A stretch of 64,000 nucleotides of DNA from the human T2T-CHM13v2.0 reference genome, Homo sapiens: assembly GCF_009914755.1 (NCBI RefSeq), contig NC_060934.1. The stretch is one strand, 5' to 3'. This document shows positions 26,992-43,086 of this stretch, piece after piece; position 1 is the stretch's first letter, and every line of letters begins with the position of its first letter. Both the position numbers and the translations under genes were made by a program. The notes beneath the pieces were generated by a model. It was not told the DNA's origin. It saw only the letters and a program-made list of their open reading frames with translations, and ran no database searches.

Positions 26992-27301
26992 ACTTACTTA
27001 TTTGTATTATTTATTTTTTGAGACGGAGTCTAGCTCTGTCACCCAGGCTGGAGTGAGTAGCACGATCTCAGCTCACTGCAACCTCCATCACCCTGGTTCA
27101 AGCAATTATCCTGCCTCCACCTCCTAAAGGAGCTGGGACTACAGGTGCGCGCCACCACACCAGGCTAATTTTTGTATTTTTAGTAGAGAAGGGATTTCAC
27201 CATGTTGGCCAGGCTGATCTCAACCTCCTGACCTCGGGTGATCCTCTCGCCTTGGCCTCCTAAAATGCTGGGATTACAGCCGTGAGCCACAGTGCCTGGC
27301 C
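26992..27301 (-). mobile_element. AluSx-like
   Basis: T-rich tail then GAGACGGAGTCTAGCTCTGTCACCCAGG; degenerate TSD. Confidence 0.93.
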
Positions 27302-28179
27302 CAATTACTCTCGAGTAAAAGAACAGTATAGATGTGACTCACTTACAAATCCACATACATACATCTGTTTAGACTCAAAACACGTGGGACTACATTTACT
27401 CTCTGCTATTTTGGGAACTCAGCAGGGAATTTGCCTAAGAAAAAGTTTACACCCTCAGGCCAGAAAGGCAACTGCGCTCAACCCAGAGTCCTGTAAATTA
27501 ATTTGAAGTCTTTTGGGAATAATGCTGAAACCAAAACCCAAGAGTTTCCCCTTTTCCCTTTTGGAAAATCAAGGAGAAATGAGAAAAAAGAAAAATTGTA
27601 AAGACCAAGCATTAGAAATAAAATCCCTTGACTTGGACCCAAGATTAGAAAAGAAGTTAAAAGAACATACCCTTCCTTTATCTCTCTGCGCATGTGTAGG
27701 GTATAGAAGCAATAATCTTATTGTTACAAAATACAGACAGTAAAACTCGAATTAAATGGAGTGTTTGGGCAAATCATTACCCCGGACAGCTGAGGCTTTC
27801 CAATTTGAAGACAAAGGTAATACCCTCTAAGCACCATCATTTAAAATCAACAAATTTTTAATTATAAATTTTACATAATCCTTCTTCTATGTATTTTTAC
27901 TGTCAGTTTTGTTTTATTTCTCTGATTATAAAAGCCACATGTGGTTAACACCAAGCAGGTTCATTTAGTAACGTCTAATAAAGAAAACAAAAAAATTACT
28001 CTTCATCCCATAACCCAGAAATAACCACTCTTCATGTTGTATCTCACCTTTGGGAAGAGCATTCTGAACCCCGTTCCTGTACCCTGGGGGGAGTCGGAGG
28101 TGTGATTCACAGCTCCTTGGAGCTCTCAGCCCTGTGGGGCATGCAGATGACAAAGCAGGATAAACGCTATGAAGACCTG

Positions 28180-28770
28180 TCCTGAGTGTTAGGAATGAGA
28201 CATCCTCCCATTCAGGTGGAAGATAAAGGGCAGAAGAGAGAGGCATTTCCAGAGAGAACAGCCTGGAGGGTTTCAGGTAAAACAGCACCTGAGCGGAGCC
28301 TCAGAAGTGGGGAGAGAGAAAGGAGGTTTCCAGGCAGAGTAAGCATCGAAGTCCCAGGTCAGCCCCGTGTCCAGCGCTTACTGGGTGAACTGGGGAGAGG
28401 CAAGGCTGGAGCTTCCAGGTGTGGGTGGCTACAGGTCAGATCTTAGAAGTTTTTGCAGATCTGGGCAAGAAATTCACTTTTTTTTTCCTTTTTCTGCGGA
28501 AATAATGTGAAGCCAGTAAATGTTAAACAGATAACTAAAATGAACGCAGGTGTAGTTTAAGGACCTGAGTAATGATTTGATTGAGATAGAGGAATCCAGG
28601 AAAGGAAGGAGAGGGAGATGCGTAGAGGCTCAAAGGTTTGGTTCCTCCCTGTGGAACATCCAAGATTGTAAGGCACTTGGTTAGCAGTGCTGTGCTGGGG
28701 TGTTGAGGGTCTCAAGCTCAGGGAAGAGGGGTGGAACAGAGATACTTATTTGTGAGATATTAGCGTGACT
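28180..28770 (-). mobile_element. L2 fragments
   Basis: Purine-rich degenerate L2 motifs (TTCCAGGCAGAG.., CAGGTCAGATC.., GCTCAGGGAAGAGG..GAGATAC). Confidence 0.5.
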
Positions 28771-28859
28771 GGATCCTTGATTTAGTCATCTCTGCCAAGT
28801 TCCTTTTACCAGGTAAAAGAACATTTTTGCAGGTTCTTTGGGTTAGGAAGCAGAGAGTA

Positions 28860-31895
<3,036 letters not shown>

Positions 31896-32578
31896 AAATA
31901 TTTTAAGGTCAAATTAATAAAGGGAATGTCCTAAATGAAGATATTCTGTCTGTGAACAATTATATAGTTATATGAGAGAACTTGCTGGGCATAATAGCTG
32001 TAACTTTAATCTTTATTAAATATTATTAAATAATAAGTCATTGTTAAATCTATTAAATAGATTTCTTAAATTGTCCCTAATTTTTCATGAGGGCGGTCTG
32101 TATCCATTAGCCAGGTGCCTGAGTTTAGCTAATTTTGGTTTTGGGCAGGAGTTGGGAAAGTCAGACTGTTATCTGACTGATTGTTCATGGACTTTAAAAT
32201 TAGTCTTACACATACCCCAAGATTTAAAAAAAAAAAAATGACAAAAGAAACTGAAATTTCCTGGAAACAGCCGTCATTTGGGATTCAGAAGACAAAAGAC
32301 ATGATTCAAAACCCTGCCCCTTGCTCTTGACGGGCGATCCCTGCCCAGCCCTGAAAAGTCTCCCTGTTGTCCTGGCCCCTGTCCCAAAGCTGTGGCAATA
32401 ACATGCACTCAAAGACGTGTTTGCTGGAAGAAGACATGTGAAGCATGAATGGAATTTTGCCTTGGCGATAACGTTGAATGTGCTGTTCTGCGATCCTGTA
32501 CCAATAGGGCACCAGGCCCGCTCTGAAGTCCGCTAATGGCAATCCCCCTTTGTTCCCTCAGGGACACACAAAGCCACT

Positions 32579-32592
32579 GTTCCCATAGCAAC
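32579..32592 (+). promoter_or_regulatory. RFX X-box motif (candidate)
   Basis: GTTCCCATAGCAAC is a near-consensus X-box; motif only. Confidence 0.45.
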
Positions 32593-32742
32593 CCTGCCAA
32601 GTGATGTCAGAAACCAGGGTTCGGCCTTGAAGGCTACAACACAAGTGCGGTGTTGACCAGCTAGCAATGACGACAACCCCGAAGACAGCGCCGTGCCTCC
32701 AGCAACAGAAATCAGCAGTGCACGTGTGTGCACACACTGTCT

Positions 32743-32898
32743 TGTTTTATGCTTAAAAATTGTGAATAATCCATTTTTAAGTGTGTGTATTCTCTAGAAG
32801 CCTGTGTTTCTCCTGATGTGTGTTTTATGCTTAAAAATTGTAAATAATCCATTTTTAAGTGTGTATATTCTTTAGAAGCCCGTGTTTCTCCTGATGTG
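32743..32898. repeat. 78-bp tandem duplication (2 copies, 4 transitions)
   Basis: 32743-32820 aligns without gaps to 32821-32898. Confidence 0.95.
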
Positions 32899-33154
32899 TC
32901 ATATCACTTGGAAAATCAGATTTCCTTTTGCTTTCATGAAGACCTATTTTCTGAAATTGAAGATGAAATGATTCATTTGCTCAAACCCTTAAAATGTCCT
33001 GACTTTATTCCTTAGGGAGGTTCATCATGTTCAGAGGAGAAGAGAGTGAAGGATTGTTTAATAAAGACCAATCATGTAAATTTTATGATATACATCATTG
33101 TTTTAATATACATAGTTGTTTGACTTGGAGAACTCACAGTAAAGAAGACAATTA

Positions 33155-33481
<327 letters not shown>

Positions 33482-34284
33482 TTATGGATTTTTAAAAGAG
33501 AAAATATTTTATAAAAATTCTAACCTCACTGTCAAATAGCAATCGGCCTCTTTCCTTCAGTTTCCAGGGAAATCAATAGCAGCTCAAATTTAGAAGTTCT
33601 GCTTTGAGCCTTTTCAAATCACGCTGTGATTGAGCATTTTACGTGTGACACCATTAGCCAGAGGAACAATCCTGGTTCTGTTGTGTTTTTTTTTTCTTTT
33701 TCAATAGATTTTAGAGAGAAAATGAGACATTGATTGAAGGGTAATCCTTAACATAGAAGGGATTGGAATAACTGTTAAATTTTGCAGATTCTTCAGTTAA
33801 ACTACTGTGAAAGTCTTGACGTTAGCCTACAAAAAAGCCTTTTATTACAAACTCCATACTTGCTAAAGTGCTGTCTTTTGATACTGCAGTTTTGTTTCTG
33901 TAATATATTTATTATTCAGAACAAATGAAATTCTCCAATGTATTTTGCTTGTTAATGTCATTTACCCACGATCTATGAAATGACTAAACTTATACATATA
34001 TATACACACACATATTAACATTTATGCATCTGTACATTTTATGTATCTGCACCAGTGATATAACAATAATTTTTATTCCTATGTTACATAAAAACTTAGT
34101 AGTGAGTCTCATTCAACTTCACAACCCATGAAATAATTTCTGTTTCAACCTATATGAGCCAAGGGGAAATTGTTTAAATAATATATTTATATTTCATATT
34201 TTAAAATGGTCTCTATCTTACCAAAAAAGTGACACAGGCATACTGCTGAGATAAGGCAAATGTGCAGCAGTCACAGGAATAGCA

Positions 34285-34495
34285 GTGCTCACTGGGTGCT
34301 GGTACAGTTTCAGGTATTGGGCTGGGAGTTGTCCAGTCGTCACCTTCTTTAATCTTCACGACAACTCTAACATCGAGTGCTGTAGTTCCCAATTTACTGG
34401 GGCAAAAAGACAGGTTACGTCACTGGCTGAAACGGGCTGACCTCAGTGTCAAATCCAGGTTTTGCTGGTCACAGAAACAAAGCTTTTAAAAATCT
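34285..34495 (-). mobile_element. MIR
   Basis: TTTAATCTTCACGACAACTCTA..CCCAATTTAC..TCAAATCCAGG. Confidence 0.6.
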
Positions 34496-35869
34496 CTCCA
34501 AATACTACCTCTAGGATTCCTGGAGGCCAGACACCCTAAAGACCAGCAGGAGCCTCTGACACTCCATCCACGCCCCCACTACAGGGAACTGGTGATTACA
34601 CGATGAATAAACGCATCTTACAAGAATGGGAGCCACCACTTAGGGCCAAGCTATTTGTGACTAAAAAGCAAACAAAAGAATCTGCTCAAGGTGAAATTTG
34701 ATCGTTGCCCATTGACTCTCAGGTGACATGGCCTCCAAGTATAACAGTGAATCCCCCGAGGGCCAAAAATTGCCTTGGAAAATATGATTGTGACCTCTAT
34801 TTCTCTGTTGCCATGGAGTTATGCCTCTTGTCTGTTGATGGAAGGTCAATCATTGTATTTACACGCAGTGAACAGTGAACATATATAATGCCTATGGTCT
34901 ATTATTATTTCTTTGCAGGAGGTTTATTACAGGGTTTGGTATGCAATCTAAATTAAATGTCTCGAGAAAAATAATGCTTTTAAGTTTAGGCAATTTTAGA
35001 GAATTCTTTGAGTGAGATTCCCTCTTTAAAATTCCACTGAATTTTCTGATTGCCTTTGAAGTTGTTTCTGTCTGAAACTAGTATATTTATTTCCTTTTTA
35101 AAGGAGATTTTTTCTTTTCAATCATCTACCACAAAATAACTTTCTTTTATGTTTATGAGACATTAGATACAATTATTTTCTAAGTCCATCTCTGTAAACA
35201 ACTTTGTAATTTTTAGCCTTTCAAATGTCATTATCATAAACACGAATCAGCACTGGTTCTGCTCCTTGTTGGCTTTGAAGCGGCATTTAAAATCCCCGTG
35301 GCTCTGAAGCCCTCATCGACCTGGGTCACCTGGGTGAGTAAATTCAGCCAGCAAGTTACTGTGGGTTCCACGTTATCGTTTTCCAAATTCCTGGCACTGC
35401 TGATACGTGCAAGCTGCCCACTTTGAAAATGGAATGTGCCATTTCATCCTACTCAAAAGTGGGTGGAGAGAAAGAAGTGTTTCACTGAGGGTATTTGTGC
35501 GAGTGGACTGCGGATGGTGGAGGAATCGTGCTTCGCACTGTGGCGGCTGGTTTTTGGCCATCCTCTCAATGAGCGCTTTAAAGCTGAGTCCATTAGATTA
35601 TATTTTAGGCTCAGGAGTCTTATAGGTCATTTCACTCTACACTCCTCTTTGAATCCTGGAAAGATTAAGTATGATAGGCAACTTATTTAGTGCTCTTGCC
35701 ACCAGTGTTTTGATGGGTCAGTCAAAAGCACATGTCGTTGAAGGTGCAGTAACCTCTGATGGGCTGTGTTCTGCTCAGTGGAGCAACAATAAATCTTATT
35801 TTTTCCAACCCTTGGCAGATACCTGTTAAATAAGCTTTGTTGATTTCTTCCCACATTCTCCCTGTTGGG

Positions 35870-36020
35870 TCGGGGTTCAGTCATTTGCTAACCGTATTAT
35901 TTTGAGCAAGTCACTTCACCTCTCTAAGTCTAATAAAATACAAATAATGGTGACACCCTTGTAGATGGCTGTAAGGATGCAATGAGCACCGGTCCATGAA
36001 GCACTAGGCACAAAACACAA
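35870..36020 (+). mobile_element. MIR
   Basis: TTGAGCAAGTCACTTCACCTCTCTAAG. Confidence 0.55.
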
Positions 36021-36338
36021 ATTAACTCCCAAATATTTTCAGAACACAACATATTCAGTCACGGCATGTGTAGAGAACATGTGTCACTCTGTAGTTGGCT
36101 TGTGATGGAGAGCCTGCAGCCTGGACTCGGCTGTGCTGAGAGCTGAAGGAACCACATGGCTGAGTGGTCTTGGGAGACCCATCTCCTGCCCAGTGCACCG
36201 AAGCTGGGACACTGAGGCTTAAGCTACTGGCTTGTGCTGGGAGGTGAGAAGGCTCTGACCCAGGGTGAATTCCAGAGAATGCACCGTCTATGTGTAAGCA
36301 CTGGATAGCAATGCATAGGAATTATCAAGATGTCTTTA

Positions 36339-36698
<360 letters not shown>

Positions 36699-36799
36699 TC
36701 AATGTATTAAATTTGGAAGACTGTACCATTGGAAAAACCCTGTAGTCCAAAAAGTTATTAGGATATATGTTTTTTTCTATATGTATACTTAGGTAAAGA

Positions 36800-36962
36800 A
36801 ACAGTGTACAGGGCTGAGTGAGGACTGAATTCTAGTTCTCACCTTGCCACGATGCAACTTAGATGCATCTTTTTAATCTTTCTAAGCCTCAGTTGTCTCA
36901 TCTGTGAAATTAATAGATTAGGCCACATAATCTTTAAAATTCCCTCTACTGATATTTTATGG
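36800..36962 (+). mobile_element. MIR (MIRc/MIR3-like)
   Basis: GCCTCAGTTGTCTCATCTGTGAAAT..ATCTTTAAAATTCCCTCTA. Confidence 0.6.
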
Positions 36963-37215
36963 TCCCAAAAATATTCTTGGCATGCATGCGGAGCTGAGAA
37001 TGTCCACTATGATTTGTAAGATTATTTTCATACCCCCATGCTTTAACTGTTCAAGTTTACCTTGTTGTGGATATGATGGAGTCTAGCTTGTGCTGTGACT
37101 TTTCCCCACATTTGCCCTATGTCAGAGGCTGGCTGAAAGCCAGCAGGGGTACATTCTAGCATAGGTGTAAAGACTTACAAAGAGGCGAAGTAGATTCTTC
37201 TATACAGTAGTATCA

Positions 37216-37526
37216 CTGGACACCCCGTGGCTCATGCCTGTAATCCCAGCACTTTGGGAGGCTGAGGCAGTCAGATCACCTGAGGTCAGGAGTTTGAGAC
37301 CAGCCTGGCCAACATAGTGAAATCCCATCTCTACTAAAAATACAAAAATTAGCTGGGCGTAGTGGCACATGCCTGTAATCCCAGCTACTCAGGAGGCTGA
37401 GGCAAGAGAATGGCTTGAACCTGGGAGGCGGAAGTTGCAGTGAACCGAGATCAGACCACTGCACTCCAGCCTGGGGGGCACAGCAAGACTTTGTCTTAAT
37501 AAACAGACAAACAAACAAACAAACAA
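37216..37526 (+). mobile_element. AluSx-like with (AAAC)n tail
   Basis: Full dimer; TSD ACAGTAG(T/C)AT. Confidence 0.94.
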
Positions 37527-37665
37527 ACAGTAGCATAGACAAAACTCAAATTCTTCTTGCATTTATAGCCTCCTTCTTTAAGTATGAAAATCCTTTGCAA
37601 TTTTTCAGATTCTCTGGACACAAAAAAAATTTATTTTCTTTTAGCTACCATAATGGATTAAATTA

Positions 37666-38061
<396 letters not shown>

Positions 38062-38759
38062 TTATATAATGTATGTGGGGTCTAACTTTCAAAATCACCT
38101 AAAGTACGCAATATAATTTGTTTGAATAAACCATTCATTTAGAACAGGTAGGCACTTAATTTTCTGTTTCATAAGCATTTTCCTTGAAGTCTCGAAATGC
38201 ACTTTTTTGCTTTTAGGACAGTGTCAAGTCTCCAGAAGGGTAATTTTAAAATCAAGGGTTCTCTGTACATGCTTGTCTGTCTTTACTTTGCAGAAGACTT
38301 CACCTTACTGGCCTTCAGGTCTTGACAGATGGAACTTGATCTAAGAGCAGAAACCATTTCTCAGGTTTTCTAGCCTCTGAGAGCATCAGAGAATCCTCTG
38401 CATTGTACCCCTGCGGTCTGCCCTGATTAGGGTTCAGGTAATACTGATTTGACCAGTGAGAAAGCAAGAGGTGGAAAGATTTCCACAGGGCAGCTGTAAT
38501 ATTGCTTTCTATATGCACTATGCTTTGGTTTCGATTCATCATTTCTTAGGAAAAACCCTAAAATATTTGTGTGTGGCTTTGGAGAGTGACATAAAGACCT
38601 TCCCCTCAAAGAGCATAGGGCTCTAATGGAGAGCTGGCAGCTGAAAGGCATCCTGCCTTTCTGGGTCCTACAAGGTGTATAATTTCATGTTCTGCAGAGC
38701 AGTGAGGTGGAGTTAGACTGAGAAAGGTGTTTTCACAGTTTTCAGGAGCAGCCTTCCGG

Positions 38760-39050
38760 AGAATAAAAAGTTAAAACTTAGTGGCTTCAGACAACATTTT
38801 TGATCTAACAATTCTTGGAGTAAGGCAACTGGGCACAGTGAGGCCGGGGCTTCAGACCCTCCATCCCTCACAGAACTGTGGTCATCACAAGGTCCTCCCA
38901 GGAGGACCCACGCTGAGCTTGTTGTCAAGACTCACCCTCTTGGGCTACTGGGAGCTTCAGCTGTTGGCCACCCTGAACCCTTGCCTTATAGGCCTCTCCA
39001 CAGAACATCCCACCACGTGGCAGCTGGCACTGTCAGAACCACCAGGAAAA
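38760..39050 (-). mobile_element. Old MLT1 (F/H-like) LTR fragment
   Basis: AAAACTTAGTGGCTT..GGCCTCTCCACAG..ACGTGGCAGCTGGC. Confidence 0.55.
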
Positions 39051-39485
39051 GTCAACTGACATCCGTCTCTTCTTCCATGAGATTACAAAGTGTATGTTTC
39101 CTGGTCCCTGATGGATTTAGAATTTTCTCTACTGTCCTACTGTGTACATCCTTCATGATCATGCCTTTTATTCCCCCTCTTTGCTTGCCCTTTGTTATTT
39201 TGATAGAGTTTCCTTTATTCCATAGTCTTGTCTTCTCCACTGACTTGGTATCTCTCATCTTTTAGTGGCTATCTTTAAATGTTTAGTGGTTATTTTTCTA
39301 TAACAAGATTGTATTTTTCTAACAGAGTGCAAACTTGGTCTCTTTTTTCTTGTCTGGAACAGCACAAGGACTTTAGCACACTTTAATTATCTGAAAGTCT
39401 TCATTGCCCAACTTTCCTTTTATTATTGTCTACATAAATATCAGAAGAGCAGAGTGCAGTATTGTGGTCAGTAGAAGAAAGGCCC

Positions 39486-39766
39486 GCTGAACACTTCTTT
39501 ACGGCTGATGGGACTGTAAACTAATACAGCTGCTATGGAAAACAGTGTGGAAATTCCTTAAAGAACTAGAAGTAGAACTACCATTTGATCCAGCAATCCC
39601 ACTACTGGGTATCTACCCAGAGGAAAAAAAGTCATTCTAAAAAAAGGATACTTGCACATGCATGTTTATAGCAGCACAATTTGCAATTGCAAAAATATGG
39701 AACCAGCCCAAATGCCCATCCTTTAATGAGTGGATAAAGAAAATGTGGTACACACACACTCTCACA

Positions 39767-39816
<50 letters not shown>

Positions 39817-40172
39817 ATGGAATACTACTCAGCCATAAAAAAGAATGAAATAATGGCATTTGGAGCAACCTGGATGGAATTGAGACCATTATTCTAAGTG
39901 ATGTAACTCAGGAATGGGAAACCAAACATTGTATATTCTTATAAGTGGGAGCTAAGCTATGAGAATGCAAAGGCGTAAGAATGGTACAATGGACTTTGAG
40001 GACTCGGGGGGAAGGGTGGGGGGTGGTGAGGGATAAGAGACTACACATTGGGTACACCAAAATCTCACAAATCACCACTAATGAACTTAGTCATGTAACT
40101 AAACACCACCTGTTCCCAAAAAATCTATTGAAATAAAAAAATCATAAAAGATGAAAATAAATAAAAAATAAA
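39486..40172 (+). mobile_element. L1PB1-like 3' end with (CA)n at about 39750-39815
   Basis: AATTTGCAATTGCAAAAATATGGAACCAGCCC, GTAACTCAGGAATGG, AAACACCACCTGTTCCC; degenerate TSD AAGAA(AG/TA)GCCC. Confidence 0.88.
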
Positions 40173-42455
40173 AGCAAGAATAGCCCCTCAAAGATGCCCA
40201 TGTCCTAATCCCAGAACCTGCAAATGTATTGCCTCACATAATACAATGGCCTTCCCAGATATGATTTAAGTTCTTGAGGTGTGGAGATCATTCTGGGTTA
40301 TCTGATCTGCCCAATTTAATCACAACGTTTCCTATTATGTAAGAGGGAGGTGGGAGGATCAGGGTCAGAGAGGAGACTTGAGGAGGGAAGCAGAGGTTGG
40401 AGCAATGGACCTTGAAGAGGGAGGAAAGGCCTAGGGACCATGGAGTGCAGGTGGCTTCTAGAAAACGGAGAAGTGAGGAAATTGATTTTCCTCTAGGTCC
40501 CCAGAAAGAAGGTGGCCCTGAGAACACATGATTCCAGCCCAGTAAAATGCATTTTAGACTTTCGACCTTCTGAGTAGTAAAATGATGAATTTGTCTTGAA
40601 GCCAAATTTTTAATGATTCGCCACAGCAGCTCTTCGGAAACCTGCATAGCTTTTGGCCCCTGGAAGTGGGGAGCTGTTGTAACAAACAACCAAGATCTTG
40701 GAAGTGGCTTTGGAATCGGGGGAGTGGCTTTGGAACCAGGTAATGTGCAAAGGCTGAAGAATTTAAGGAGCATGACAATAAAGGCAAGATTGCCCTGAAG
40801 AGACTCTAAGAAATCCAGACGTCAAAGGCCCTGCCCATGGGGGTCAGAGGGGAGTGAGGAGCACAGTGGAGGAGGCTGTGTCATGGTCAGACACCTACAT
40901 CATCTCAAGCCAGCGGTTGGTGGAAATGAGTCTTTGAGGTGCTGCCGGTGATGGCTCAGAAGAAAAGGAGAAGCATGTTAATGAAAACGGGAGGAAAGAA
41001 GGTGCACGCAGCAGCAGAAAGCTTAAGAATTGTGTCCTACAGCAGCAGAAAGCTTAGGAACTGTTTTGCGGAAAGCAGGACATATGAGTGATGAACTTGG
41101 ATGGTCAGCTGAGAGACTTCCAAGCATAGTGTTAAAGGTGTGGACTGGCTTCTTCTTAATGATTCTAGTAAGATGTGAGAGGAAAACAATAAACTCAGGG
41201 AATAACTGTTAAGCAAAAAGGAATTGGAACTTGATGATTTGGAAAATTTTCAGCCTGTCCAGATTGTAAAACCTGCCAAAATTAGGAGACTCACTGTCAG
41301 GAAAGCATGTTCTGGGGAGAAAGTCAAGGGTATGGTATGGCTGGACAGCCTTTCGTTACTGCCTTGGAAAGATCAAAAGGTCAAAGTGTTCACTCATACC
41401 GAGGGCTCTTTGGGTAAATTAAACATGTGACTCATGAACTCCCTCAGCCCTTGCAGCAGAGCCCAGGAGTAGAGATGGGGTCACCGGGGACAAACCTGCA
41501 GAGAGCCCTCACAGTCTACAGATGTGAATTACTGTGGCCTTTGCAGGAGATCCACAAGGTTTTTGAGAATGTTCTATCAGCAGAAACACTGCCAGCTTGA
41601 AATGAGCAGAACAGAGAAGGGATGAAATGAAGGAAAACTGTCAGACTCCCCAAACTCCACAGGCAGAAAACAGGTGGATGAAACTACTCAGCGGCAAACC
41701 CACGCCAGCCTTTGGAAAAATGGAAGGATGACTGTGAGGGCAGAGCCGAGGGCTCAGCAGGAGGCAGAGACTCAAGCCACAGTGCATTATTCTCAGGCCT
41801 TGAAACCTAATGGAGTTTGCATGGTTGGATTCTGAAATTGCTTAGGACCAGTGAGAACTCATTTTATTCTTTCCTGTCTGCATTTTTTGTATGGGAAGAC
41901 CTTGGATAGTCTTATTATTCCTTTTTTGAGAAATGCAATTCTCACAGGTTCCCAGATGAGAGACATTTTGACCTGGGTTGGATCATGCCCAGCATCTCAC
42001 CCATACCTGGTTTAGATGATGAGATCTGGGACTTTTGAACTCATAAGACTCAGATGAGATTTTGGACTTGAGTAGACACTGTATTGGGTGGAGACACTTG
42101 GGGACCTTGAGATAGGTGAATGTATTTTGCATGGGGGGTGAATGCATTTTGAATCTTTGGGCATCGGAGGACAGACTGTGGTTGGCTGAATAATCACTCC
42201 ACTAAGATGTCCACGCCCCAATCCCTGGAACCTATTAATGTGTTGCTTTATGGCAAAAGGGACTCTGCAGCTGTGTTTAAATTAAAGATTGTGAGGTGGG
42301 GAGATTATCTTGGATTTCCCCAGTGAGCCCCAAGGAATCACAGCAGTCCTTTAAATTGCAGCAGGCAGGTGAAAGAGAGAGAAACAGAAAAAGAAGCCGG
42401 CATGAGAGGGACTGGCTGGGCATTGCTGCTAGCTCTGAAGATGGAAGGATGGAGT

Positions 42456-43086
42456 TAATGGAAACCCAGAATGTTTCACCCTAAAATAGACTTCTTGGGC
42501 GTATTTTGATACAGCTATTCAGAAGGGCTGCATGAAACAAAAGCAGCTCTGACAAGCTGTCTTGTGTGGGGAGATTTGCATCTGTAGGGAAAATGTTTTG
42601 CCTACATCAGAGACATAAACACCGAATGCACACAGGCTTTCTCTGAGGCACCCCTTCCCCAGATCTGGGAAGGATTAACTACAGGAAAGGAGACCACAGG
42701 TCTAACACTCTTAATGGTGTGACATAGGGACCTCTACCCTAGGACACCATCTATACTTCCCAAGAGCTGCTTCTTCCTGTGAGGTTTTGTCTGCATCACA
42801 TACGACCTTGCTGGCCCCACCTCTCCTCCTCCCGCCCTCCCATAGCCTGTTTCACCTCGCACCAAGCCTCACTTCTTCCTGTAACTTCAGGATGGTGTAA
42901 AGGCTTCAGTCATCTGGGCCCTCCTTTGCGTTTCCTACTTTGTGTACGACTATCATCTCTGCATGCACTTTAATAAATGTGTATGCCTTTTCTTCCCTGT
43001 TAACCTGCCTTTCGTTACAGAGGTGTCCCAACTGAGACCTTATGAATGAGGGCTGAGAAAATAAACTATAATTTTTCTCCCCTTCA
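42456..43086 (+). mobile_element. ERV1 MER34/MER39-group solo LTR
   Basis: GAATGTTTCACCCTAAAATA..GGGGAGATTTGCATCTGTAG..AATAAA..CCCCTTCA; 4-bp TSD GAGT. Confidence 0.78.

Noticed and set aside
34622-34660. Possible minus-strand micro-exon (also acceptors near 7300, 38340 and 50850)
   Set aside because: Weak or missing donor and no recognisable peptide; cannot be supported without RNA data
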